A stretch of DNA of 64,000 nucleotides. Source: Alphaproteobacteria bacterium (GTDB taxonomy: Bacteria; Pseudomonadota; Alphaproteobacteria; Rhizobiales; JAKIUO01). Within the stretch, counting starts at the first letter, position 1; the number at the start of each line of letters is the position of its first letter. Made by a program: the position numbers and the translations under genes. Below, piece after piece: positions 21,901 to 33,174 of this stretch. The DNA is taken from the NCBI GenBank assembly GCA_024280895.1, contig JAJRPI010000024.1, forward strand, positions 14 to 64,013, in the 5' to 3' direction. Below the pieces are notes generated by a model that did no database searches, was not told where the DNA came from, and saw only the letters and a list, made by a program, of their open reading frames with translations.

Positions 21901-24900
21901 TTGATCTATCCACATCCGGCGTTACTGGTGGTGATGCTGCGGGCGACATTATCAGTAATTTTGAAAACCTCACCGGTTCGGACAATAATGATAATCTGAC
22001 AGGAACGTCGGGAGATAATATTCTGCTCGGCGGTGCTGGCAATGATACGCTGGAAGGACTGGCCGGAGCCGATATCATCGATGGTGGTGCCAATTACGAC
22101 ACGCTTGATTATGATCAATCCGATAGTGCCGTGACCGTCAATCTACAAACTCAGACCGCCAGCGGCGGGCATGCGGATGGCGATGTCATTAGCAGTATTG
22201 AGCGTGTACTTGGTTCTGACTTTGGTGATACGCTGATCGCCAATGTTGCGGGTAGTGTCATGGACGGCAAGGCCGGGAGTGATACTCTTACCGGCGATAT
22301 CGGCAATGACAATTTGCGCGGTAGCGATGGCAATGATGTGATCGACGGCGGTGGTGGCAATGATATACTACGCGGTGGCCGAGACGATGATATTATACAG
22401 GGTGGCGATGGCAATGATTTCATCGATGGCCAGGACGATATGGATACGCTTTCGGGCGGCGCTGGGACCGATACTATTGAGGGTGGCGCTGGCAACGACG
22501 TCATCGATGGCGGTATAGGCAATGACACCTTGCTGGGGGAAGCTGATGATGACATCATTCATGGCAATGAAGGCCTGGACACAATTGATGGCGGCACCGG
22601 TAATGATACTCTTTATGGTGATGCCGACAATGATGATATAACTGGCGGTACAGGCAATGACACGCTGATCGGCGGCACCGGTGCTGACACGCTAGACGGT
22701 GGGGCCGATATTGATACGGCTGATTATAGCAGCTCGATTGCAGCCGTAACCGTTGATCTGACCAATGCCGGGGCGCAGGTCAGCGGCGGCGATGCCTCTG
22801 GCGATACGCTTGCAAACATTGAAAATATTATTGGCTCAACTGGCAATGATACTCTCACTGGTGACGCCAATGCCAATGTGCTCACTGGCGGTGCCGGCAA
22901 TGATATCCTCACTGATAGTGCAGGCGATGACACCATCGATGCGGGCAGCGGTAATGATTTATTGATCGCTGGAGCCGGAGCTGACATTTATGATGGTGGC
23001 GGGAATACTGACACACTCGATTTTTCCGGTTCTGCGGGTGGCAGTATTGATGTCAATCTGACCAGTGCGGTCGGACTGGGAGGGGACGCTGCGGGCGATA
23101 CCTATCAAAATATCGAAAATGTCATTGGAACCGGATCGGCCGATACTCTCACAGGTGATGGTGCTGCCAACGAGCTGACCGGCGGCGCCGGTGATGATGT
23201 CCTTGAAGGGGCCGGCGGTGCCGACGTTCTGGATGGCGGCGCGAATATTGATACAGCTTCTTATGCAAATGCCGGATCTGGTGTGAGTGCCAGCCTTGCG
23301 ACCAATAGCGGCTCGGTTGGTGATGCCCTTGGCGACAGTTTTTCAAATATCGAAAATCTCTCGGGTTCAGAGTTTGCCGATACACTCACCGGCGATGGCA
23401 ATGACAATGTGCTGACCGGCCTGGCAGGCAATGATACGCTGGCTGGCGGCGGCGGTGTCGATACTCTTGTCGGTGGTGCTGGTGCGGATGATCTGTCAGG
23501 TGGTACCGGGGTTGATAATCTCGATGGTGGCGCGGGTGATGATACGTTGGATGGCGGAACGGGTGACGATACGCTGATCGGTGGTACCGGGGCTGACAGC
23601 CTGGCTGGTGGTGCTGGTGCAGATATACTGGATGGCGGCGCTGATATTGATACGGCAGATTACAGCGCTTCTGCCTCTGGTGTGACGGTTGACCTGACGA
23701 ATGCGGGCGCTCAAAGTGGTGGCGATGCGCTTGGTGACACCCTCTCCAATATTGAAAATATTACCGGTTCAGGCGGGGCGGATATTCTCACTGGCGATGG
23801 CAATGACAATGTGCTGAGCGGTGGTGCAGGAACCGATACGCTTACTGGCGGTGTAGGTGCTGATACTTTGTTGGGCGGTACCGGCGCAGACATCCTCATT
23901 GGTGGTGCCGGCACAAATACTCTCGATGGTGGTGCTGGCAATGATACCCTGATAGGGGGCGCCGGAGCTGACGCCATTGATGGCGGCGCTGATATTGATA
24001 CGGTCGATTACAGCTCGTCTGCGGCGGCAGTCAAAGTTGATTTTGCCACATTTACCGGCTCTGGCGGCGATGCTGCGGGTGATAGTTATGCCAATATCGA
24101 AAACGCCATTGGTACGGTTGGCGCTGACTGGTTGATTGGCGATGGTGCTGACAATGTCCTCACGGGTCTTGCCGGAGTTGATGTTCTTGATGGCGGTGCA
24201 GGCGCGGATACGCTTGTTGGTGGCGACGGCGATGATTTTCTGAGCGGCGATGCGGGCGGCGACGATCTGCAGGGGGGAGCTGGCACAGATACGGCGAGTT
24301 ATACGACATCCGGCACGGGCGTAAATGTCAATCTTGGAGCGGGAACAGCGTCTGGCGGTGATGCGGCCGGAGACAGTTTCTCCAGTATTGAAAACCTCGT
24401 TGGTTCAGCCAGCGGCGATACACTGACCGGCGATGGCAATGATAATGTATTGAGCGGTTTGTCGGGAATTGACACGCTGGTTGGCGGCGGCGGCAATGAT
24501 ACGCTCTCTGGCGGCACCGATGCGGACAATCTTTCTGGTGGCACGGGCGCAGACAGTCTTGATGGCGGTACGGGCAATGATACTCTTGATGGTGGTGCCG
24601 ATATTGATGTGCTGACCGGCGGTGCTGGCGATGACACTCTGGTGGGCGGCGCTGGCGCGGATACTCTTGATGGTGGTGCCGATATTGATACAGCCGATTA
24701 CAGCGCCTCTGGCGCAGGGGTGACGGTTGATCTTTCCAATACGGGCGCACAGGTCAGCGCCGGCGATGCTTCTGGTGACACGCTTGCCAATATCGAAAAT
24801 GTTACGGGTTCTGCAGCGGCAGATATCTTGACCGGCGATGGCAATGATAATGTGCTTGCGGGTGGCGCAGGTGCCGACACTTTGACCGGCGGTGCTGGTG

Positions 24901-27900
24901 CTGACACGCTTGATGGCGGGGCGGGGAATGACAGTTTTGTAGGTGGTTCTGGCGCGGATGCCATCACGGGGGGTGCCGATACAGATACGGTCGATTATAG
25001 CGCTTCAGCTGCTGGCGTCACGATCGCCATTGATGGGCTGGCAGGTAGCGGCGGCGATGCTGCTGGCGATACACTGACTACTGTTGAAAATATAATCGGA
25101 TCTGACCTAGCAGACAATCTGACTGGTGATGCAAATAACAATGTTCTGACGGGCGGAATCGGTAACGATATATTGTCCGGTGATGGCGGTATGGATACTC
25201 TTACCGGCGGCGTTGGTGGTGATACGCTAAGTGGTGGTGCTGGTGCTGATACTCTTGATGGCGGTGCCGACAATGACACGCTGGATGGCGGTGCTGACAA
25301 TGATACGCTGACCGGTGGCACAGGTGATGATATTCTCATTGGCGGTGCCGGCGCCGACATTCTTGTTGGTGGTGGTAACACAGATGTTGCTGATTATAGC
25401 GGTTCAGCTGCTGGCGTCACTGTTGATCTATCCAATCTGGGTGCTCAGGTTGGCGCAGGCGATGCGGCAGGTGATACGTTATCCGAAATCGAAAATTTGA
25501 TCGGTTCCTCTCAGTCTGACAGCCTGACAGGCGATGGTAATAATAATGTTCTCACCGGTGGTGCTGGCAATGACACGCTGACGGGTGCTGGCGGGATTGA
25601 CACATTGGACGGCGGTACTGGTGCCGACACCCTGATCGGCGGCGCGGGTGCTGACGGCCTGGATGGTGGCGCGGATATTGATACGGCTGATTACAGCGCT
25701 TCTGGTGCTGGTGTTACGGTTGATCTGACCAATGCAGGCGCGCAAAGCGGCGGCGATGCCGCTGGCGATACGCTTGTAAATATCGAAAACATAATTGGCT
25801 CAGGCTCTGTTGATATTCTGACCGGCGATGGCAATGACAATGTGCTGACCGGTGGTAGCGGTGCTGATACGCTTACGGGCAATGGTGGTGCAGATACACT
25901 GGACGGCGGTGCGGATAATGATGTTCTCATTGGTGGCGCTGGTGCCGATACGTTGATCGGTGGCGCGCAAACCGATACGGCTGACTATAGTGCTTCTGGT
26001 GCCGGGGTCAGCGTTGATCTCACCAATCTGGGTGCGCAAAGCGGCGGGGACGCGGCTGGCGATACGTTGAGTGGCATCGAAAATCTGATTGGCTCTGGTC
26101 TGGTGGACACTCTTATCGGCGATGCTGGTGTCAACGTTCTGGCAGGTGGTGCTGGCTCTGACACTCTGTCTGGCAATGCCGGGGCAGATATTTTGCAAGG
26201 CGGCGCCGATAATGACATTTTGATCGGCGGTGCTGATGGGGATGACCTGCAAGGTGGCAGCGGTACTGATACGGCCAGCTATGTGAGCTCTGGGTCGGGC
26301 GTCAATGTCGATATTGATACCGGTGCTGTTTCTGGCGGCGATGCTGCTGGCGATACATTTACCAGCATCGAGAATATCACGGGCTCTGCATTTGCAGATA
26401 ATCTGGACGGTGATGGCAATGATAATACGATTATTGGCGGTGCGGGTGCAGATGTGATTGCCGGGGATGCCGGAGCGGACAATCTTTTCGGCGATGATGG
26501 CAATGATGATCTGTCTGGCGGAACCGGTGCTGATAACCTGTATGGTGGTGCTGGCAATGACACACTGGATGGCGGCGCAGATGGTGACCTTCTAACCGGT
26601 GGTACTGGCGCTGACACCCTGATCGGCGGCGCGGGTGCAGATACGCTTGACGGCGGATCTGATATTGATACAGCTGATTACAGTGCCTCTGGTGCCGGTA
26701 TTACGGTAGATCTCACCAGTGTGGTTGGACAGAGCGGCGGCGATGCTGCTGGCGATACGCTGACCAGTATCGAAAATGTTATTGGTTCGGGTTCAGCTGA
26801 CACCATCACCGGCGATGCCAATGATAATGTTTTGACTGGCGGCGCGGGCGCAGATACGCTCACCGGTGCGGCTGGCGCTGACACCCTTGATGGGGGAGCT
26901 GGCAATGATACTATTGAAGGTGGAACCGGTGCTGACACACTAAGTGGGGGTGCCGATACAGATACGCTAAGTTACGCTGGTGACAGTGCGGGCGTGACAG
27001 TGAATATCGCAACCAATGCCGTAAGTGGCGGTGATGCTGCTGGCGATATTATTTCGGGTTTCGAAAATCTGATCGGTGGTTCAGGCGATGATAGCCTGAC
27101 CGGTACAGCCTCAGCTAATGTCATCGATGGCGGTGCTGGTAATGATATAATCGAAGGTGGTGCTGGCGGTGATACGCTCACAGGTGGAGGCAATACCGAT
27201 ACTCTTAGCTATGCGGGTGATAGCGCTGGTGTGACGATCAATCTAGCCACCAACGCGGTGTCTGGCGGCGATGCCGCTGGCGATACAGTCTCCGGTTTTG
27301 AGAATGTCACTGGTGGTTCGGGCAATGATCAACTCACAGGTGATGGCAATGTGAATGTGCTTGTTGCTGGTGGTGGTAACGATACTCTGACTGGTGGCGC
27401 TGGTGATGATACGCTTATAGGCACATCGGGTACCAATACCCTGATTGGTGGTGCCGGTGCCGATACCCTGACTGGCGGCGTCAATAATGATACGGCAGAC
27501 TATTCCGCATCTGGTTCCGCTGTATCCGTAAATCTATCAACCAATTCTGGTTCTGGCGGTGATGCCGCTGGTGACGTGTTGACCAATATCGAGGATCTGA
27601 TCGGGTCTGCTGCCGGTGATACCCTGACTGGCAATGGCGGTGCCAATACATTCGATGGCGGTGCTGGTGCCGATACGCTGGATGGCGCTGCTGGTGTCGA
27701 TACGCTCACCGGCGGTACGGGCAATGATAGTCTTATTGGTGGCGCTGGTGCTGATATCCTTGATGGCGGTGCGGATAATGATACGCTGACGGGCGGTGCT
27801 GATAATGATACGATCATTGGTGGCGCTGGCACGGATACGGCCGTCTTTAGCGGCAACTGGTCTGACTATACAATTACTGAAGCACCGGTTGGTACTTACA

Positions 27901-29246
27901 CGGTTGTCGATAATCGCGGCAGCTCGCCTGATGGCACAGACACCATCACCGGCGTTGAGAATTTCCAGTTTGCCGATGGCACGGTGACAGCCGCTGCATC
28001 CTTGAATGATGCACCAACGGACATTACGCCCAATAGTAGCTCTGTTGCTGAAAACTCAGCGACAGGTACGGTGGCCGCGACGCTTGCTGCAGCCGATGCC
28101 GATACGCTCGATAGTCCGACCTTTACGCTGGTGGGAGTTTCCACACAGTTCGAGATCATCGGCAACGAGGTGCGCGTCAAGGCGGGAGCCAATCTGGATT
28201 TTGAAACGGCAACCAGCCATGATATCACGGTGCGCGTCACCGATGTACACGGTGTGACTTATGACGAGCTGATCACCATCAATGTGACCAATGTGGACAA
28301 TATTATCACCGGTACAGCTGGCGTTGATGCGCTGGCGGCGACACTGGAGAGTGATGCCATTGATGGCCTGGCCAGCAATGACACGGTTTCTTATGCGGGT
28401 TCCGGTTCTGGCGTCACGGTCAATCTTGCCACCAATTCTGGCACTGGTGGTTTTGCGCAGGGCGATACATTTACCAGCATCGAAAACATTACAGGATCGA
28501 GCTTTAACGATACCATCACCGGTGATCTGAACGCCAACGTGCTAACAGGCGCTGGCGGTGTCGATACGCTGACCGGCGGTGCGGGCAATGACACTCTTAT
28601 TGGTGGCGCTGGTGCAGATACGCTCACCGGTGGAGCAGATATTGATACCGCCGATTACAGCAGCTCTGCAACTGGGATCGATATCGATCTCACCAATGCT
28701 GGAGCACAGGTGAGTGGCGGTGATGCTTCTGGGGACATTCTTTCTGGTATTGAGATAGTTATTGGTACCAGCGGTAATGACACCTTCTTTGGCGATGCTC
28801 AGGCCAACAGGTTTACAGGCAATGGCGGCGATGATGACTTTTTCGGCGGTGCTGGTGCCGATAGCTTCTTTATTGATGAATCATCACTTAATCTGATGGC
28901 TTTGAGTGGAAATATGATCGATGGCGGCACAGATAGTGATACGGTCGAGTTGGAGGCCAGTGCCGGATTTAGTGAAGCAGATCTGTTGAGTGTCTTGACG
29001 GGTATTGAGATCCTCGATTTCACCAGCGCCAGCGTCGCTGCCACACTTTCTTTGGATGTAAGCCAGGTTCAGGGAGCCACCGATGGCAATAATATTCTCA
29101 ATATTAATATTGATGGTGACGATAGCATTTCGTCGGTCGGCGGGGCAGAAATTCTCACCACCGTCGCTGGGTCGGTCACAACTCACGAGTTTTATACCGA
29201 TGGGACCCATACGACGCTGGAGGCAACCTTGATTGTCAACGGCTAG
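6930..29246 (+). CDS. Giant (7,438 aa) T1SS-secreted RTX / Ca2+-binding repeat protein, probable adhesin or surface protein
   Basis: One uninterrupted 22.3-kb ORF with hundreds of GGxGxDxLx nonapeptides. About 70 modules (hand count) of DTADYSxSxxGVxVDLxxGxGxGGDAxGDTLxxIENxxGS. Cadherin domain near the C-terminus, no signal peptide, adjacent T1SS genes. Confidence 0.93.
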   Translation: MAENDSPAKVADQPEARSQKIPETVVSALQDVKSDDGRLIHKPEAGATEVVTVHDGEKLLFAFPMSDVKVGLVDVDLILKFADGAKIILLEFGLQVVSEVAPEMLFNGDLVKAQELIAKLGAVSISDEKSELNFSTDSANDVAEKSTSNDSETSDESEDTPVVEIVEVEATEFSSPDSSNSSGPSTGEGIAEEERARIDENLATSDEALTRRGDDSAASSSLLDNSATSDGEFNIPVAAMDVRLLGVAKSSQILQPSGVTEIRGGAAVLPAETDDDFNVQRAVENLSGTSGDDIIYADDPEIAPQGMSVRRLEITVDLPIAGYNPISVRISGVQDGATILGATPVSGAFVLAPSAADPNIFFVDLQYVLPTSTTPINGNGFQDEFTLSFEFEIYNSSAQEFSQAVGSAQFGVRHVDVVADTEVVNSSSGQQVYVLASNPPGNNIDAGDGDDKVFAAAGVDTIVGGTGEDTISYDMSHEAVSVDLETQIVSGGYAEGDTISGFENVEGSDFDDTLLGTSGDNVITGGAGADTIDGRGGIDTLGYETSDEGVNVDLGTGTGTGGDAQGDVIANVENIKGSKFDDILTGDGFDNELDGGLGDDILSGAAGADTLIGGAGDDRLEGGAGADQLSGGAGSDTATYASSASGVDVNLNLGTAAGGDAAGDSLTDIENLAGSSHDDTLTGDSADNVLSGNGGDDVLAGLGGADALVGGAGSDTADYSLSGAAVTVNLSDGTSTGGDAQGDSFTDIENLRGSALADSLTGDVGDNVLDGGDGDDLLKGGGGADTIIGGLGTDTVDFSDSDDGVNVDLVTGIGSGGDAEGDSYAGLENITGSRQGDILRGAAGSNVLLGGLGDDVLEGGADDDQLLGGAGSDTVSYAHSSGAVIVDLSTNSGSGADAAGDHFDSIENLLGSDFDDELRGDGQDNNLDGGLGDDRLIGGAGADELRGGAGIDTADYSASGNGVTVDLTLNSGIGGDAEGDRFSEIENVTGSDYTDMITGDDGDNQLEGGDGGDTLIGHDGDDILRGEAGADRLDGGAGADQLDGGSENDTLDGGLGDDALDGGTGADVLIGGAGADDLDGGTGIDRIDYQGSAGGVTIDLAAGTGVGGDADGDTISNVEQVTGSFQDDDLRGDAFDNTFGGSQGNDRLEGRAGNDILDGGLGDDLLVGGADADLLIGGLGNDTADYTASGAGVTVNLDTGAGTGGDAAGDVLIGIENVTGSAFDDTLTGDAQSNDLTGGAGDDILVGGAGADKLDGGAGIDTVDYSASSDAVTAYLDGTGGVGGDAAGDTISNVERLVGSDLGDHLEGDITDDILEGGLGNDELIGGAGDDTLLGGDDDDTLRGSSGDDVLDGGSGDDLLEGGAGADDLSGGIGRDRADYSASMAGVDVDLVAGAGIGGDAAGDVLSGIEDLTGSQFADTLTGDANANLLQGLGGDDVLIGGAGDDTLEAGTGDDILAGGVGADNLAGGAGSDTADYSASAAGVGVDLAAGSGVGGDADGDTLSAIENVTGSAFNDELLGDRRDNILSGGAGDDVLEGGDGDDTLSGGLGDDSLEGGAGADSLDGGAGTDSADYGLSANGVTVDLGAGTGTGGDADGDTFIDIENLDGSNFSDTLIGDGSANVLSGAGGDDTLSGAAGDDTLRGGAGDDVLIGGAGADDLIGESGTDKADYSASGAGVTIDLAAGTGLGGDAQGDTLSGVEDVQGTDFADLLTGDSQDNMLSGGAGDDVLAGAAGADDLRGGAGTDEADYSASVAGVNVNLGSGTGSGGDAAGDTLVGIENVRGSDQSDTLIGDDNDNVLSGGLGDDALAGGLGADTLSGGGGVDRADYSASDAAVTVDLFAGTGAGGHAQGDSFSSIENITGSNFADTITGDNADNLLEGGLGDDVILGGLGNDHVLGGGGNDVLIGGAGADDLTGGSGTDEADYSASGAGVTVDLAAGSGLGGDAAGDTLLEIENVTGTDFADILSGDIADNVLDAGTGADTLSGGAGADTLLGGADTDSLEGGSGADVLDGGTGIDTAVYGGSAAGVIVDLVSGTGSGGDATGDTLSNIENITGSENADRLAGDAFVNVLTGASGDDVLIGRGGADQLIGGGGTDTASYEGSAAAVTVTLDGSLGVGGDAQGDSYTSIENVIGSSHDDTLTAAAAGGNQLDGAAGDDLLVSGIGADTLIGGAGFDTANYAGSGQAVAVNLTTGTATGGTAEGDQLSSLEAVIGSDFDDILVGNNTQNTLDGGIGNDRIAGRGGADTLDGGAGVDFADYSASLTGVDVNLGTGVGSGGDAQGDTLSNFENIIGSEVADSLTGDAGVNALLAGGGNDVLDGGAGADILSGGTGNDTADYSASSAGVTADLFTGIGSGGDAAGDTLSSIENLTGSAFDDSLIGDGVVNTMFSGAGNDLLQGAGGGDILDGGAGTDTAVYAASFAGVDVNLATGAGAGGDAQGDTLSNIENIVGSLHDDILTGDTGANQLEGGVGDDRLAGGLGADVLDGGADNDIADYSSSAGAVTVDLLAGTATGGDAAGDTLISIEGVGGSANDDVISGDANDNVLEGGAGDDQLLGRGGADVLDGGAGNDTALYTGSIDGVSVDLITGLGVGGDAQGDTLSNIENLAGSAQDDTLSGNTGANVLEGADGQDTLLGRGGADTLRGDAGDDRLEGGAGADVLIGGTGTDTADYGSSGSGVTVDLAAGTGLGGDAAGDTLATIENIDGSLHDDVLSGDTGTNRLSGNEGDDRLIGGAGADILVGGAGTDTADYQTSVLAVDANLATGVGTSGDATGDTYATIENLRGSLQDDVLTGDVNANVLEGGDGDDRLVGGVGADTLIGGAGTDEADYSTSGAAVSVDLTTGTGSGGDAAGDSLTTIENVTGSANNDTLTGDAGANTLDGGAGDDVLAGRGGADTLLGGSGTDAVDYSASATAVSVDLSTGTGTGGDAQGDTYTGIEDAIGSSNNDTLIGDAGVNTLQGAGGADDLRGGAEDDTLEGGAGTDRLAGEAGADNIDGGGGIDTADYSASDAAVSVNLGSGATSGGHAAGDILTSIENIDGSDFNDNLVGDLLANQLDGGLGDDQLSGGDGADILIGGFGDDVLEGGLGSDDLQGGTGNDTADYSNSVASVSIDLTAGTGTGGEADGDTLSSIENISASGQDDILIGDANVNVLEGNGGNDRLSGLAGADILDGGTGTDTADYSASGVAVDVNLLAGTASGGDATGDTLISIENLDGSDHDDVLEGDAATNRLDGGLGDDRLIGGAGADVLVGGVGTDIADYSSASGAVTIDLGAGTGIGSQAQGDTLFEIENVEGSNFNDNLRGDAGVNLLIGGAGNDSLEGAAGADILQGGDGSDTLAGGADADDLQGGAGSDTADYSASGSAVDVSLVSNTGSGGDAAGDTLTDIENLTGSALDDTLTGDAGDNVLTGNAGDDLLIGGAGADDLIGGDDTDTADYSGSAAGVLVDLTLGTGAGGDAAGDTLATIENVLGSSSADTLTGDTSSNVLTGNDGDDILSGAAGLDTLLGGAGDDVLIGGTGADVLTGGTGIDTADYSAASASVAVDLGISAGTAGEAAGDSLTEIENLRGSSHGDTLAGDGLVNLLEGQAGDDALDGGAGDDVLDGGADDDILTGGAGADDLQGGTGDDTASYAGAASAVDVSLASNTGTGSDAQGDTLTDIENLEGSANDDTLTGDGGANTLSGLAGDDLLIGGAGVDDLQGGAGNDSLVGGAGADILSGGADIDTADYSASGSAVVVDLAAGSGTGGHAQGDTLDTIENVTGSAFGDTLEGEVGVNALDGGAGDDVLQGRGGADALDGGAGSDTASYAGSATAVNVDLGTSTYTGGDALGDTLTNIENITGSGNDDTIIGDAAANILSGGAGADAITGGAGDDDLRGEAGDDTLIGGIGADVLDGGLNWDIADYSSVTTAVTVALDGTAAAGGDAAGDTLFNIEQIIATNFDDNLMGNSDNSAERFDGGAGNDLLEGRGGADQFFGGVGIDTVTYSLALSGVTVALDGSAGVNSDAQGDTFDSIENLIGSSFNDVLTSGALGNQLEGRSGDDVLTGGVGIDLLYGGDNDDVLAGLVGADELYGGIGTDRADYSASNAAVTVNLLTNVNLGGHAAGDTLDSVEDVTGSTFDDSLIGDNEDNELIGGAGNDTLVGGLGADTLTGGADIDTADYSASTAGVSINLVAGTGAGGHAQGDVLATIENVIGSNGADSITGDANANILTGGIGADRLFGNEGDDTLDGGAGNDILSGHEGDDTLDGGDHDDSLSGGLGADTLSGGTGNDTLVGGAGGDALDGGAGSDIAFYTGSSAAVQINLGANTATGGDATGDTLTNIERVAGSLHDDTLTGDANANALYGYDGDDVIDGAGGNDVIFGDHYGANNNLGNDTLSGGDGNDALYGENGDDVLSGGTGDDALYGGAGSDTLTGGAGADVINGATGIDTADYSASTAGVSLNLDGGVSSGGDAAGDRITFVEHIIGSDFDDTVQGTLLDTNEHFEGGAGDDSFQGRGGSDILDGGAGLDTASYILSSAAVTVNLNGFVGIGGDAAGDSYISIERLIGTNFADTLTANNSGNTLIGGAGNDVLTGGSGDDTLEGGDGTDVLIGGLGADALDGGIGGDRIDYSASNAGITVNMVLGTGVGGHADGDTLTNLEYVTGSAFDDHFTGFYSVIAGDGNDIIIADAGADIYAGGSGIDLVDYSASDAAIQINLTTNLNSGGFAQNDNLSSIEHIIGSDFGDTLFGSAGSDILEGGLGNDQFVGYDGADAFDGGDGFDTVTYANAVHVTGVNVNLLAGTATGGFALGDTFTSIERVYGTSHNDSFITSNVASTIYGGAGVDTFTGGTGDDTFYGEDGNDIFSGGDGNDYIDGGLNNDTLDGGAGDDTLIGNDGDDSFVAGLGADDHQGGSGIDIVDYSGSTAVNINMVTNIGTGDFAQGDTWSGIENIIGTSGADTIIGNDLANNFQGGAGNDIIEGGIGGDTLDGGADIDTLSYAGSLSGVTVDLSTSGVTGGDAAGDIISNFENLTGSDNNDNLTGTSGDNILLGGAGNDTLEGLAGADIIDGGANYDTLDYDQSDSAVTVNLQTQTASGGHADGDVISSIERVLGSDFGDTLIANVAGSVMDGKAGSDTLTGDIGNDNLRGSDGNDVIDGGGGNDILRGGRDDDIIQGGDGNDFIDGQDDMDTLSGGAGTDTIEGGAGNDVIDGGIGNDTLLGEADDDIIHGNEGLDTIDGGTGNDTLYGDADNDDITGGTGNDTLIGGTGADTLDGGADIDTADYSSSIAAVTVDLTNAGAQVSGGDASGDTLANIENIIGSTGNDTLTGDANANVLTGGAGNDILTDSAGDDTIDAGSGNDLLIAGAGADIYDGGGNTDTLDFSGSAGGSIDVNLTSAVGLGGDAAGDTYQNIENVIGTGSADTLTGDGAANELTGGAGDDVLEGAGGADVLDGGANIDTASYANAGSGVSASLATNSGSVGDALGDSFSNIENLSGSEFADTLTGDGNDNVLTGLAGNDTLAGGGGVDTLVGGAGADDLSGGTGVDNLDGGAGDDTLDGGTGDDTLIGGTGADSLAGGAGADILDGGADIDTADYSASASGVTVDLTNAGAQSGGDALGDTLSNIENITGSGGADILTGDGNDNVLSGGAGTDTLTGGVGADTLLGGTGADILIGGAGTNTLDGGAGNDTLIGGAGADAIDGGADIDTVDYSSSAAAVKVDFATFTGSGGDAAGDSYANIENAIGTVGADWLIGDGADNVLTGLAGVDVLDGGAGADTLVGGDGDDFLSGDAGGDDLQGGAGTDTASYTTSGTGVNVNLGAGTASGGDAAGDSFSSIENLVGSASGDTLTGDGNDNVLSGLSGIDTLVGGGGNDTLSGGTDADNLSGGTGADSLDGGTGNDTLDGGADIDVLTGGAGDDTLVGGAGADTLDGGADIDTADYSASGAGVTVDLSNTGAQVSAGDASGDTLANIENVTGSAAADILTGDGNDNVLAGGAGADTLTGGAGADTLDGGAGNDSFVGGSGADAITGGADTDTVDYSASAAGVTIAIDGLAGSGGDAAGDTLTTVENIIGSDLADNLTGDANNNVLTGGIGNDILSGDGGMDTLTGGVGGDTLSGGAGADTLDGGADNDTLDGGADNDTLTGGTGDDILIGGAGADILVGGGNTDVADYSGSAAGVTVDLSNLGAQVGAGDAAGDTLSEIENLIGSSQSDSLTGDGNNNVLTGGAGNDTLTGAGGIDTLDGGTGADTLIGGAGADGLDGGADIDTADYSASGAGVTVDLTNAGAQSGGDAAGDTLVNIENIIGSGSVDILTGDGNDNVLTGGSGADTLTGNGGADTLDGGADNDVLIGGAGADTLIGGAQTDTADYSASGAGVSVDLTNLGAQSGGDAAGDTLSGIENLIGSGLVDTLIGDAGVNVLAGGAGSDTLSGNAGADILQGGADNDILIGGADGDDLQGGSGTDTASYVSSGSGVNVDIDTGAVSGGDAAGDTFTSIENITGSAFADNLDGDGNDNTIIGGAGADVIAGDAGADNLFGDDGNDDLSGGTGADNLYGGAGNDTLDGGADGDLLTGGTGADTLIGGAGADTLDGGSDIDTADYSASGAGITVDLTSVVGQSGGDAAGDTLTSIENVIGSGSADTITGDANDNVLTGGAGADTLTGAAGADTLDGGAGNDTIEGGTGADTLSGGADTDTLSYAGDSAGVTVNIATNAVSGGDAAGDIISGFENLIGGSGDDSLTGTASANVIDGGAGNDIIEGGAGGDTLTGGGNTDTLSYAGDSAGVTINLATNAVSGGDAAGDTVSGFENVTGGSGNDQLTGDGNVNVLVAGGGNDTLTGGAGDDTLIGTSGTNTLIGGAGADTLTGGVNNDTADYSASGSAVSVNLSTNSGSGGDAAGDVLTNIEDLIGSAAGDTLTGNGGANTFDGGAGADTLDGAAGVDTLTGGTGNDSLIGGAGADILDGGADNDTLTGGADNDTIIGGAGTDTAVFSGNWSDYTITEAPVGTYTVVDNRGSSPDGTDTITGVENFQFADGTVTAAASLNDAPTDITPNSSSVAENSATGTVAATLAAADADTLDSPTFTLVGVSTQFEIIGNEVRVKAGANLDFETATSHDITVRVTDVHGVTYDELITINVTNVDNIITGTAGVDALAATLESDAIDGLASNDTVSYAGSGSGVTVNLATNSGTGGFAQGDTFTSIENITGSSFNDTITGDLNANVLTGAGGVDTLTGGAGNDTLIGGAGADTLTGGADIDTADYSSSATGIDIDLTNAGAQVSGGDASGDILSGIEIVIGTSGNDTFFGDAQANRFTGNGGDDDFFGGAGADSFFIDESSLNLMALSGNMIDGGTDSDTVELEASAGFSEADLLSVLTGIEILDFTSASVAATLSLDVSQVQGATDGNNILNINIDGDDSISSVGGAEILTTVAGSVTTHEFYTDGTHTTLEATLIVNG
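28005..28298 (+). other. Cadherin-like domain within the giant protein
   Basis: NDAPTDI...SVAENS..GTV.ATL.A.DAD...LDFET...[21 protein letters not shown] matches the bacterial cadherin consensus (xEN, DxD, LDxE, xVxD). Confidence 0.85.
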
Positions 29247-29263
29247 TGCAAAAGCTAACTAGT

Positions 29264-29293
29264 GGGCAGGGCAGGGCAGGGCAGCGCAGGGCA
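29264..29293 (+). repeat. (GGGCA)n pentamer tandem repeat / G-quadruplex motif
   Basis: GGGCA GGGCA GGGCA GGGCA GCGCA GGGCA, beginning 17 nt after the giant-gene stop codon. Confidence 0.8.
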
Positions 29294-29302
29294 ACAAGCT
29301 CA

Positions 29303-29330
29303 GATCGCCTCTTGTCGAAGAGCTGCGATC
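29303..29330. terminator. Hairpin between the convergent giant gene and the MFP gene (possible terminator)
   Basis: GATCGC-CTCTT-gtcg-AAGAG-ct-GCGATC stem-loop; no clear U-tract. Confidence 0.4.
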
Positions 29331-29400
29331 GACCGCATTGTCGAGGGATGGTTTGGTAAGGGATTGTTTTGCCGCAAAAAAAACATCAGTATTGCGAATG

Positions 29401-30732
29401 CTATTGACGAAGGGCGCGCTCACTAATTCTGTTCATGGGTTTTAGCAGATAGCTCATCACAGAGTGCTTGCCGGTGAGAATATCAATATTGGCCAGCATG
29501 CCAGGTGTCACCGGTTTCAAAGGACCAAAATCACTTGCAGCCGCTTCAAGGCGCACCCGAAAATAGGGTTGACCCTGCTCGTCAGTCAGCGCATCTGCCG
29601 ATATCTCAGTGACCTTGCCAGTTAGACCGCCGTAGATGGAATAGTCATACGCGCTGATCTTGATGACAGCTGGCAGACCTGGCCAGACATTGGCACGGTC
29701 TTTAGGTGACAGGCGCGCTTCAATGGAAATAGCTTTGTCAGCCGGGACGATTTCGGCCAGCTCTTGCCCTGGCTTGATAACACCGCCAATGGTCGCAACG
29801 GCTAGACGGTTGACGATACCACTAATGGGCGCGCGCACGTCAAAACGGCGATTGCGGTCAGACATGGCCGACAGGGTTTCTATCAGTTTGGAAATTTTCA
29901 ACTGCACTTGCGTGCGCTCATTCTCAGCTTCGGCGCGAAAACGTAACCGGGCCTCGGTTGCCTTGCGCTGCGTTTGCGTGACATTGCTTTTGATGCGCGG
30001 GATCTGGTGATTGAGATCTGAAATAGTTGTTTTGATGCGTTGTAGAACGGCTTTCTTTTCGAGCAGCTTATTGGTCGAGGCAGCGCCGATCTTTACCAGC
30101 TGCACCAGACTTTTGACTTGCTTGCGAACCAGCTCGCGTTCGCGAACCTTGTTTTTGAGACGGGCCTTTAGTTCTTCGAACTCCAGCTTTTTTTCATTTG
30201 ATTGATCCTTTAAAATCAATAGCTGCTCATTGAGGCTGGCTTGGCGGCGCGAGAATAAACGTTTTTCATTGTCGATGAGTTCGGGATGTTTTTGTGCCGT
30301 CGGGGTAGGGAAGATCAGTTCCGCAGCGCCATTGGATTCTGCGCTAAGTCTTTGAAGTTCTAATTTTTTCGCGATCAAATCCAATCCAACACGGCTGTTT
30401 TCTGCATGCGAGAAACTATTTTTAATGCGTAAAAGAATATCGCCCTTGGAGACCTTGGCCCCCTGTTTGACGAGAATTTGTGCGACAATGCCGCCCTCAA
30501 GATGCTGGACGATCTGATTATTGGTGGCGGGGACGACGCGGCCCTCGCCTCTGGTGACCTGGTCAAGATGCACAAGATTGGCCCAGAGGATAAAAAGTCC
30601 AAAACCGATGCTCACCGTATAAAGAAATATTTTTTGTCCAGAAGAACCGATTTTGTCGCATTGGCGCGCAAAAAGGGAGGATTCAAGGGATTTTGTATCC
30701 ATAGCTTCGTCGTTCATTTGATTAGCCATCAT
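29401..30732 (-). CDS. HlyD-family type I secretion membrane fusion protein
   Basis: N-terminal TM, GEGRVVP..NNQIVQHLEGGIVAQILVKQG, long coiled coil, VRAPISG.V, LTPGM.A..DI.TG, YLLKP. Confidence 0.93.
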   Translation of the reverse strand: MMANQMNDEAMDTKSLESSLFARQCDKIGSSGQKIFLYTVSIGFGLFILWANLVHLDQVTRGEGRVVPATNNQIVQHLEGGIVAQILVKQGAKVSKGDILLRIKNSFSHAENSRVGLDLIAKKLELQRLSAESNGAAELIFPTPTAQKHPELIDNEKRLFSRRQASLNEQLLILKDQSNEKKLEFEELKARLKNKVRERELVRKQVKSLVQLVKIGAASTNKLLEKKAVLQRIKTTISDLNHQIPRIKSNVTQTQRKATEARLRFRAEAENERTQVQLKISKLIETLSAMSDRNRRFDVRAPISGIVNRLAVATIGGVIKPGQELAEIVPADKAISIEARLSPKDRANVWPGLPAVIKISAYDYSIYGGLTGKVTEISADALTDEQGQPYFRVRLEAAASDFGPLKPVTPGMLANIDILTGKHSVMSYLLKPMNRISERALRQ

Positions 30733-30921
30733 GATGATCCGCGTAATTTTCAGTTAATTACGGCCTACGACACAAGGCGTTTACAAGTTCTTAATCAATG
30801 GAAACATAGTTTTGGAGGAACTGCATTTGCACCAATGGTGCGATATGCTGGTTTCGGGATGGTTGGTATCTCAAATTTTGGCTCTCACACTGGTTCGGCG
30901 TTTGGATGTGGATTGAAAAAC

Positions 30922-33168
30922 ATGCAACACGCAAAATTGGCAAAAGAGCTGGACAAGGAGCGCGAAAACGGCGCGCCAAAACCGGTGCCTCTAGGCTCTA
31001 TATTCCCTGAAGGGGAGGGCGCGCAAAAACCGCGCGCCAAACCGCAAGAGGTTCTGCCCGGTGCCTTGTCAATTCTTGAACAACTACACCGCTTTGCCGC
31101 ATTGATGAGCGGTCGTGCGCGTCATGAAATCAAATCGCCCTCCCATATTGCCAATCATGCCGGTTCCATCACCCGAGAAGTTCTGTCGGCGGCGGCCGGG
31201 GAGCTTGATCTTGGCGTCCGGTATCAGCTCACTGAGCTAAGGGCGCTCAAGGAAACGGATTTTCCATGTCTGTTGCCTCTTAATGATGGTACGGCTTTTC
31301 TGGCTACGGGTTTGCAAAACGACAAGGTGCTGCTGGTTGAGCATGAGAACGACATTGTTGCGGTGCCGTTCCTGCAATTTTTTGAGCTGTATGCGGGGCT
31401 TGTTTTACAATTGCACTCATTGCCCGTGAGCAAGCAAGAGCCAGCAGCAAAGCAAGCAGCATCAAAGAGGCGCGGACAGGGCAAGCTGGCCTTGCAGATC
31501 TTCAATGCCATTTTAACTCATAACAAGGCCCAATTGATGCAATTGGCGCTGGCGGCGACTTTGAGCAATCTGCTGCTGGTGGTGCTGCCTTTATTTATCA
31601 TGTCGGTTTATGATCGCATCATTCCCCATCTGGCGATGGAAACCTTGTGGGCTCTGGCGATAGGCGTGTTGCTGGCGCTGGTGATCGATCTGGGCTTGAG
31701 GGTTGTACGTTCCACCATGCTTGAAGCCATTGCGACCTCTGTCAGCAATCACTATCAAGGGCGGTTTTACAATCGATTGATACGTCAGCAAATGTCGTCC
31801 ATGCCGCGCACCGCCGGGGGCCTGTCGGGGGCCATCAATGAGTTTGATAATCTTTGCCGCATCGTGCCGCAGGCGATTATTGCCGTATTGGTGGATCTGC
31901 CGTTCTTTATTCTCTTGCTGGGACTGCTTTATTATATGGGCGGCGCCGTTGTTGTTGCGCCGGTTCTGGGGATCTTGGTGATTGCGCTGGCCAATGTGGT
32001 GACTTACGCCAAAGCCCGAGAAGTCAACGCCGCCAGTATCGAGCTTTCTTATCAGCGTGCCAATCAGCTAATCGAGACTGTCGGGGCGATCGAGACCATC
32101 AAGGCGACCCGTTCGGAGCACCAGCTATTGGCCAAATGGGAGCAGCTGGTTGATCGAGGCGCATATTTTTCCTATCTGGCCCGGCATCAATCTGGATTTG
32201 CATCTCATCTGACGATTATCACCGTGCAGGTAACCATCGTTTTGACCTTGATCATTGGGGTCTACGAGTTGCAGGCGGGCGGTATCACGATGGGAGCGCT
32301 GGCGGCGTCTTCCTTGCTGGTGGGGCGTGCCATGGCACCGATGGGCAATTTGATCGCGCTATTTGTGCGTGGCTTTCATATGGTGCGATCCAGTAGCGCC
32401 GTTGAGCAGATCCTCGATGCGCCGCAGGAAGTCGCCGGTGACCAGAATAAAGGCAGCGCTTCTGATTTTGTGGGTGAAATCAGTTTGCATGATGTGAGCT
32501 TTGCCTATGAGGCTGACGGAAATAAGGTGTTAAACGGGCTTAGTTTTACCATCAAGCCCGGGGAGCGTGTTGGACTGATTGGCCGTATTGGTTGTGGCAA
32601 GAGCTCGCTGTTGAAGCTGTTGCCGCGGCTGGACCAGGCGAGCAGCGGATCCTTGCTAATTGATGGACATGATATTCGCCAATATGATGCGGGCATGTTG
32701 CGCCAGAATATGGCGTTGATGCCACAAGAAGCGGTGTTGATTGAGGGCTCGTTGCGCGACAATATCTGCTTTGGTCTTGGCGAGATTGCCCGCGAAGATT
32801 TCGAACAGGCGGTTGAACTATCGGGAGTCAAGGAATTTGCCTCCGTGCATCCGCAGGGATATGGCATGCAGGTGGGGCCGCGCGGTGAGAGATTGTCGGG
32901 GGGCGAGCGGGCCGGTGTGGCCCTTGCCCGGACTTTGTTACGGCCTTCAAAAATGGTGCTGCTTGATGAACCAACAGCAGCTATGGACAATGAATTGGAG
33001 CGCCGAATTGTCAGCAATCTTGGTGGTTGGCTCAAGGATCGCACATTGATCGTGGCCACCCATCGAGCCCCCGTGCTGGCGCTTGTTGATCGCATTATCT
33101 GGCTGCACAAGGGCCGGGTCATCGCTGATGGTCCTCGCGATGAAGTGCTTGCAAAGCTTAAAGGATAA
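30922..33168 (+). CDS. Type I secretion ABC transporter (permease/ATPase, HlyB/LapB-like, with N-terminal C39-like domain)
   Basis: PLFIMSVYDRIIP TMD motif, Walker A GRIGCGKS, signature LSGGER, Walker B VLLDEPT, H-loop ATHR. Start moved to ATG 30922 because the track ORF from 30478 overlaps the MFP gene on the opposite strand. Confidence 0.92.
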   Translation: MQHAKLAKELDKERENGAPKPVPLGSIFPEGEGAQKPRAKPQEVLPGALSILEQLHRFAALMSGRARHEIKSPSHIANHAGSITREVLSAAAGELDLGVRYQLTELRALKETDFPCLLPLNDGTAFLATGLQNDKVLLVEHENDIVAVPFLQFFELYAGLVLQLHSLPVSKQEPAAKQAASKRRGQGKLALQIFNAILTHNKAQLMQLALAATLSNLLLVVLPLFIMSVYDRIIPHLAMETLWALAIGVLLALVIDLGLRVVRSTMLEAIATSVSNHYQGRFYNRLIRQQMSSMPRTAGGLSGAINEFDNLCRIVPQAIIAVLVDLPFFILLLGLLYYMGGAVVVAPVLGILVIALANVVTYAKAREVNAASIELSYQRANQLIETVGAIETIKATRSEHQLLAKWEQLVDRGAYFSYLARHQSGFASHLTIITVQVTIVLTLIIGVYELQAGGITMGALAASSLLVGRAMAPMGNLIALFVRGFHMVRSSSAVEQILDAPQEVAGDQNKGSASDFVGEISLHDVSFAYEADGNKVLNGLSFTIKPGERVGLIGRIGCGKSSLLKLLPRLDQASSGSLLIDGHDIRQYDAGMLRQNMALMPQEAVLIEGSLRDNICFGLGEIAREDFEQAVELSGVKEFASVHPQGYGMQVGPRGERLSGGERAGVALARTLLRPSKMVLLDEPTAAMDNELERRIVSNLGGWLKDRTLIVATHRAPVLALVDRIIWLHKGRVIADGPRDEVLAKLKG

Positions 33169-33174
33169 TCCATC

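Noticed and set aside
7049-29210. Dozens of P/S-rich ORFs on the minus strand and alternate frames inside the giant gene
   Set aside because: These are shadows of Gly/Asp codon repeats (GGC/GAT read as Pro/Ser/Ile on the antisense strand); they are fully nested and show no independent motifs.
6930-29246. RTX cytotoxin / MARTX toxin
   Set aside because: No HlyC-type acyltransferase gene and no recognisable pore-forming, protease (HExxH), lipase or cyclase domain; the protein is almost all structural repeats plus cadherin.
30478-30921. 148-aa N-terminal extension of the ABC transporter in the ORF track
   Set aside because: It overlaps the MFP gene on the opposite strand and looks non-protein-like; ATG 30922 gives a normal-sized T1SS ABC.
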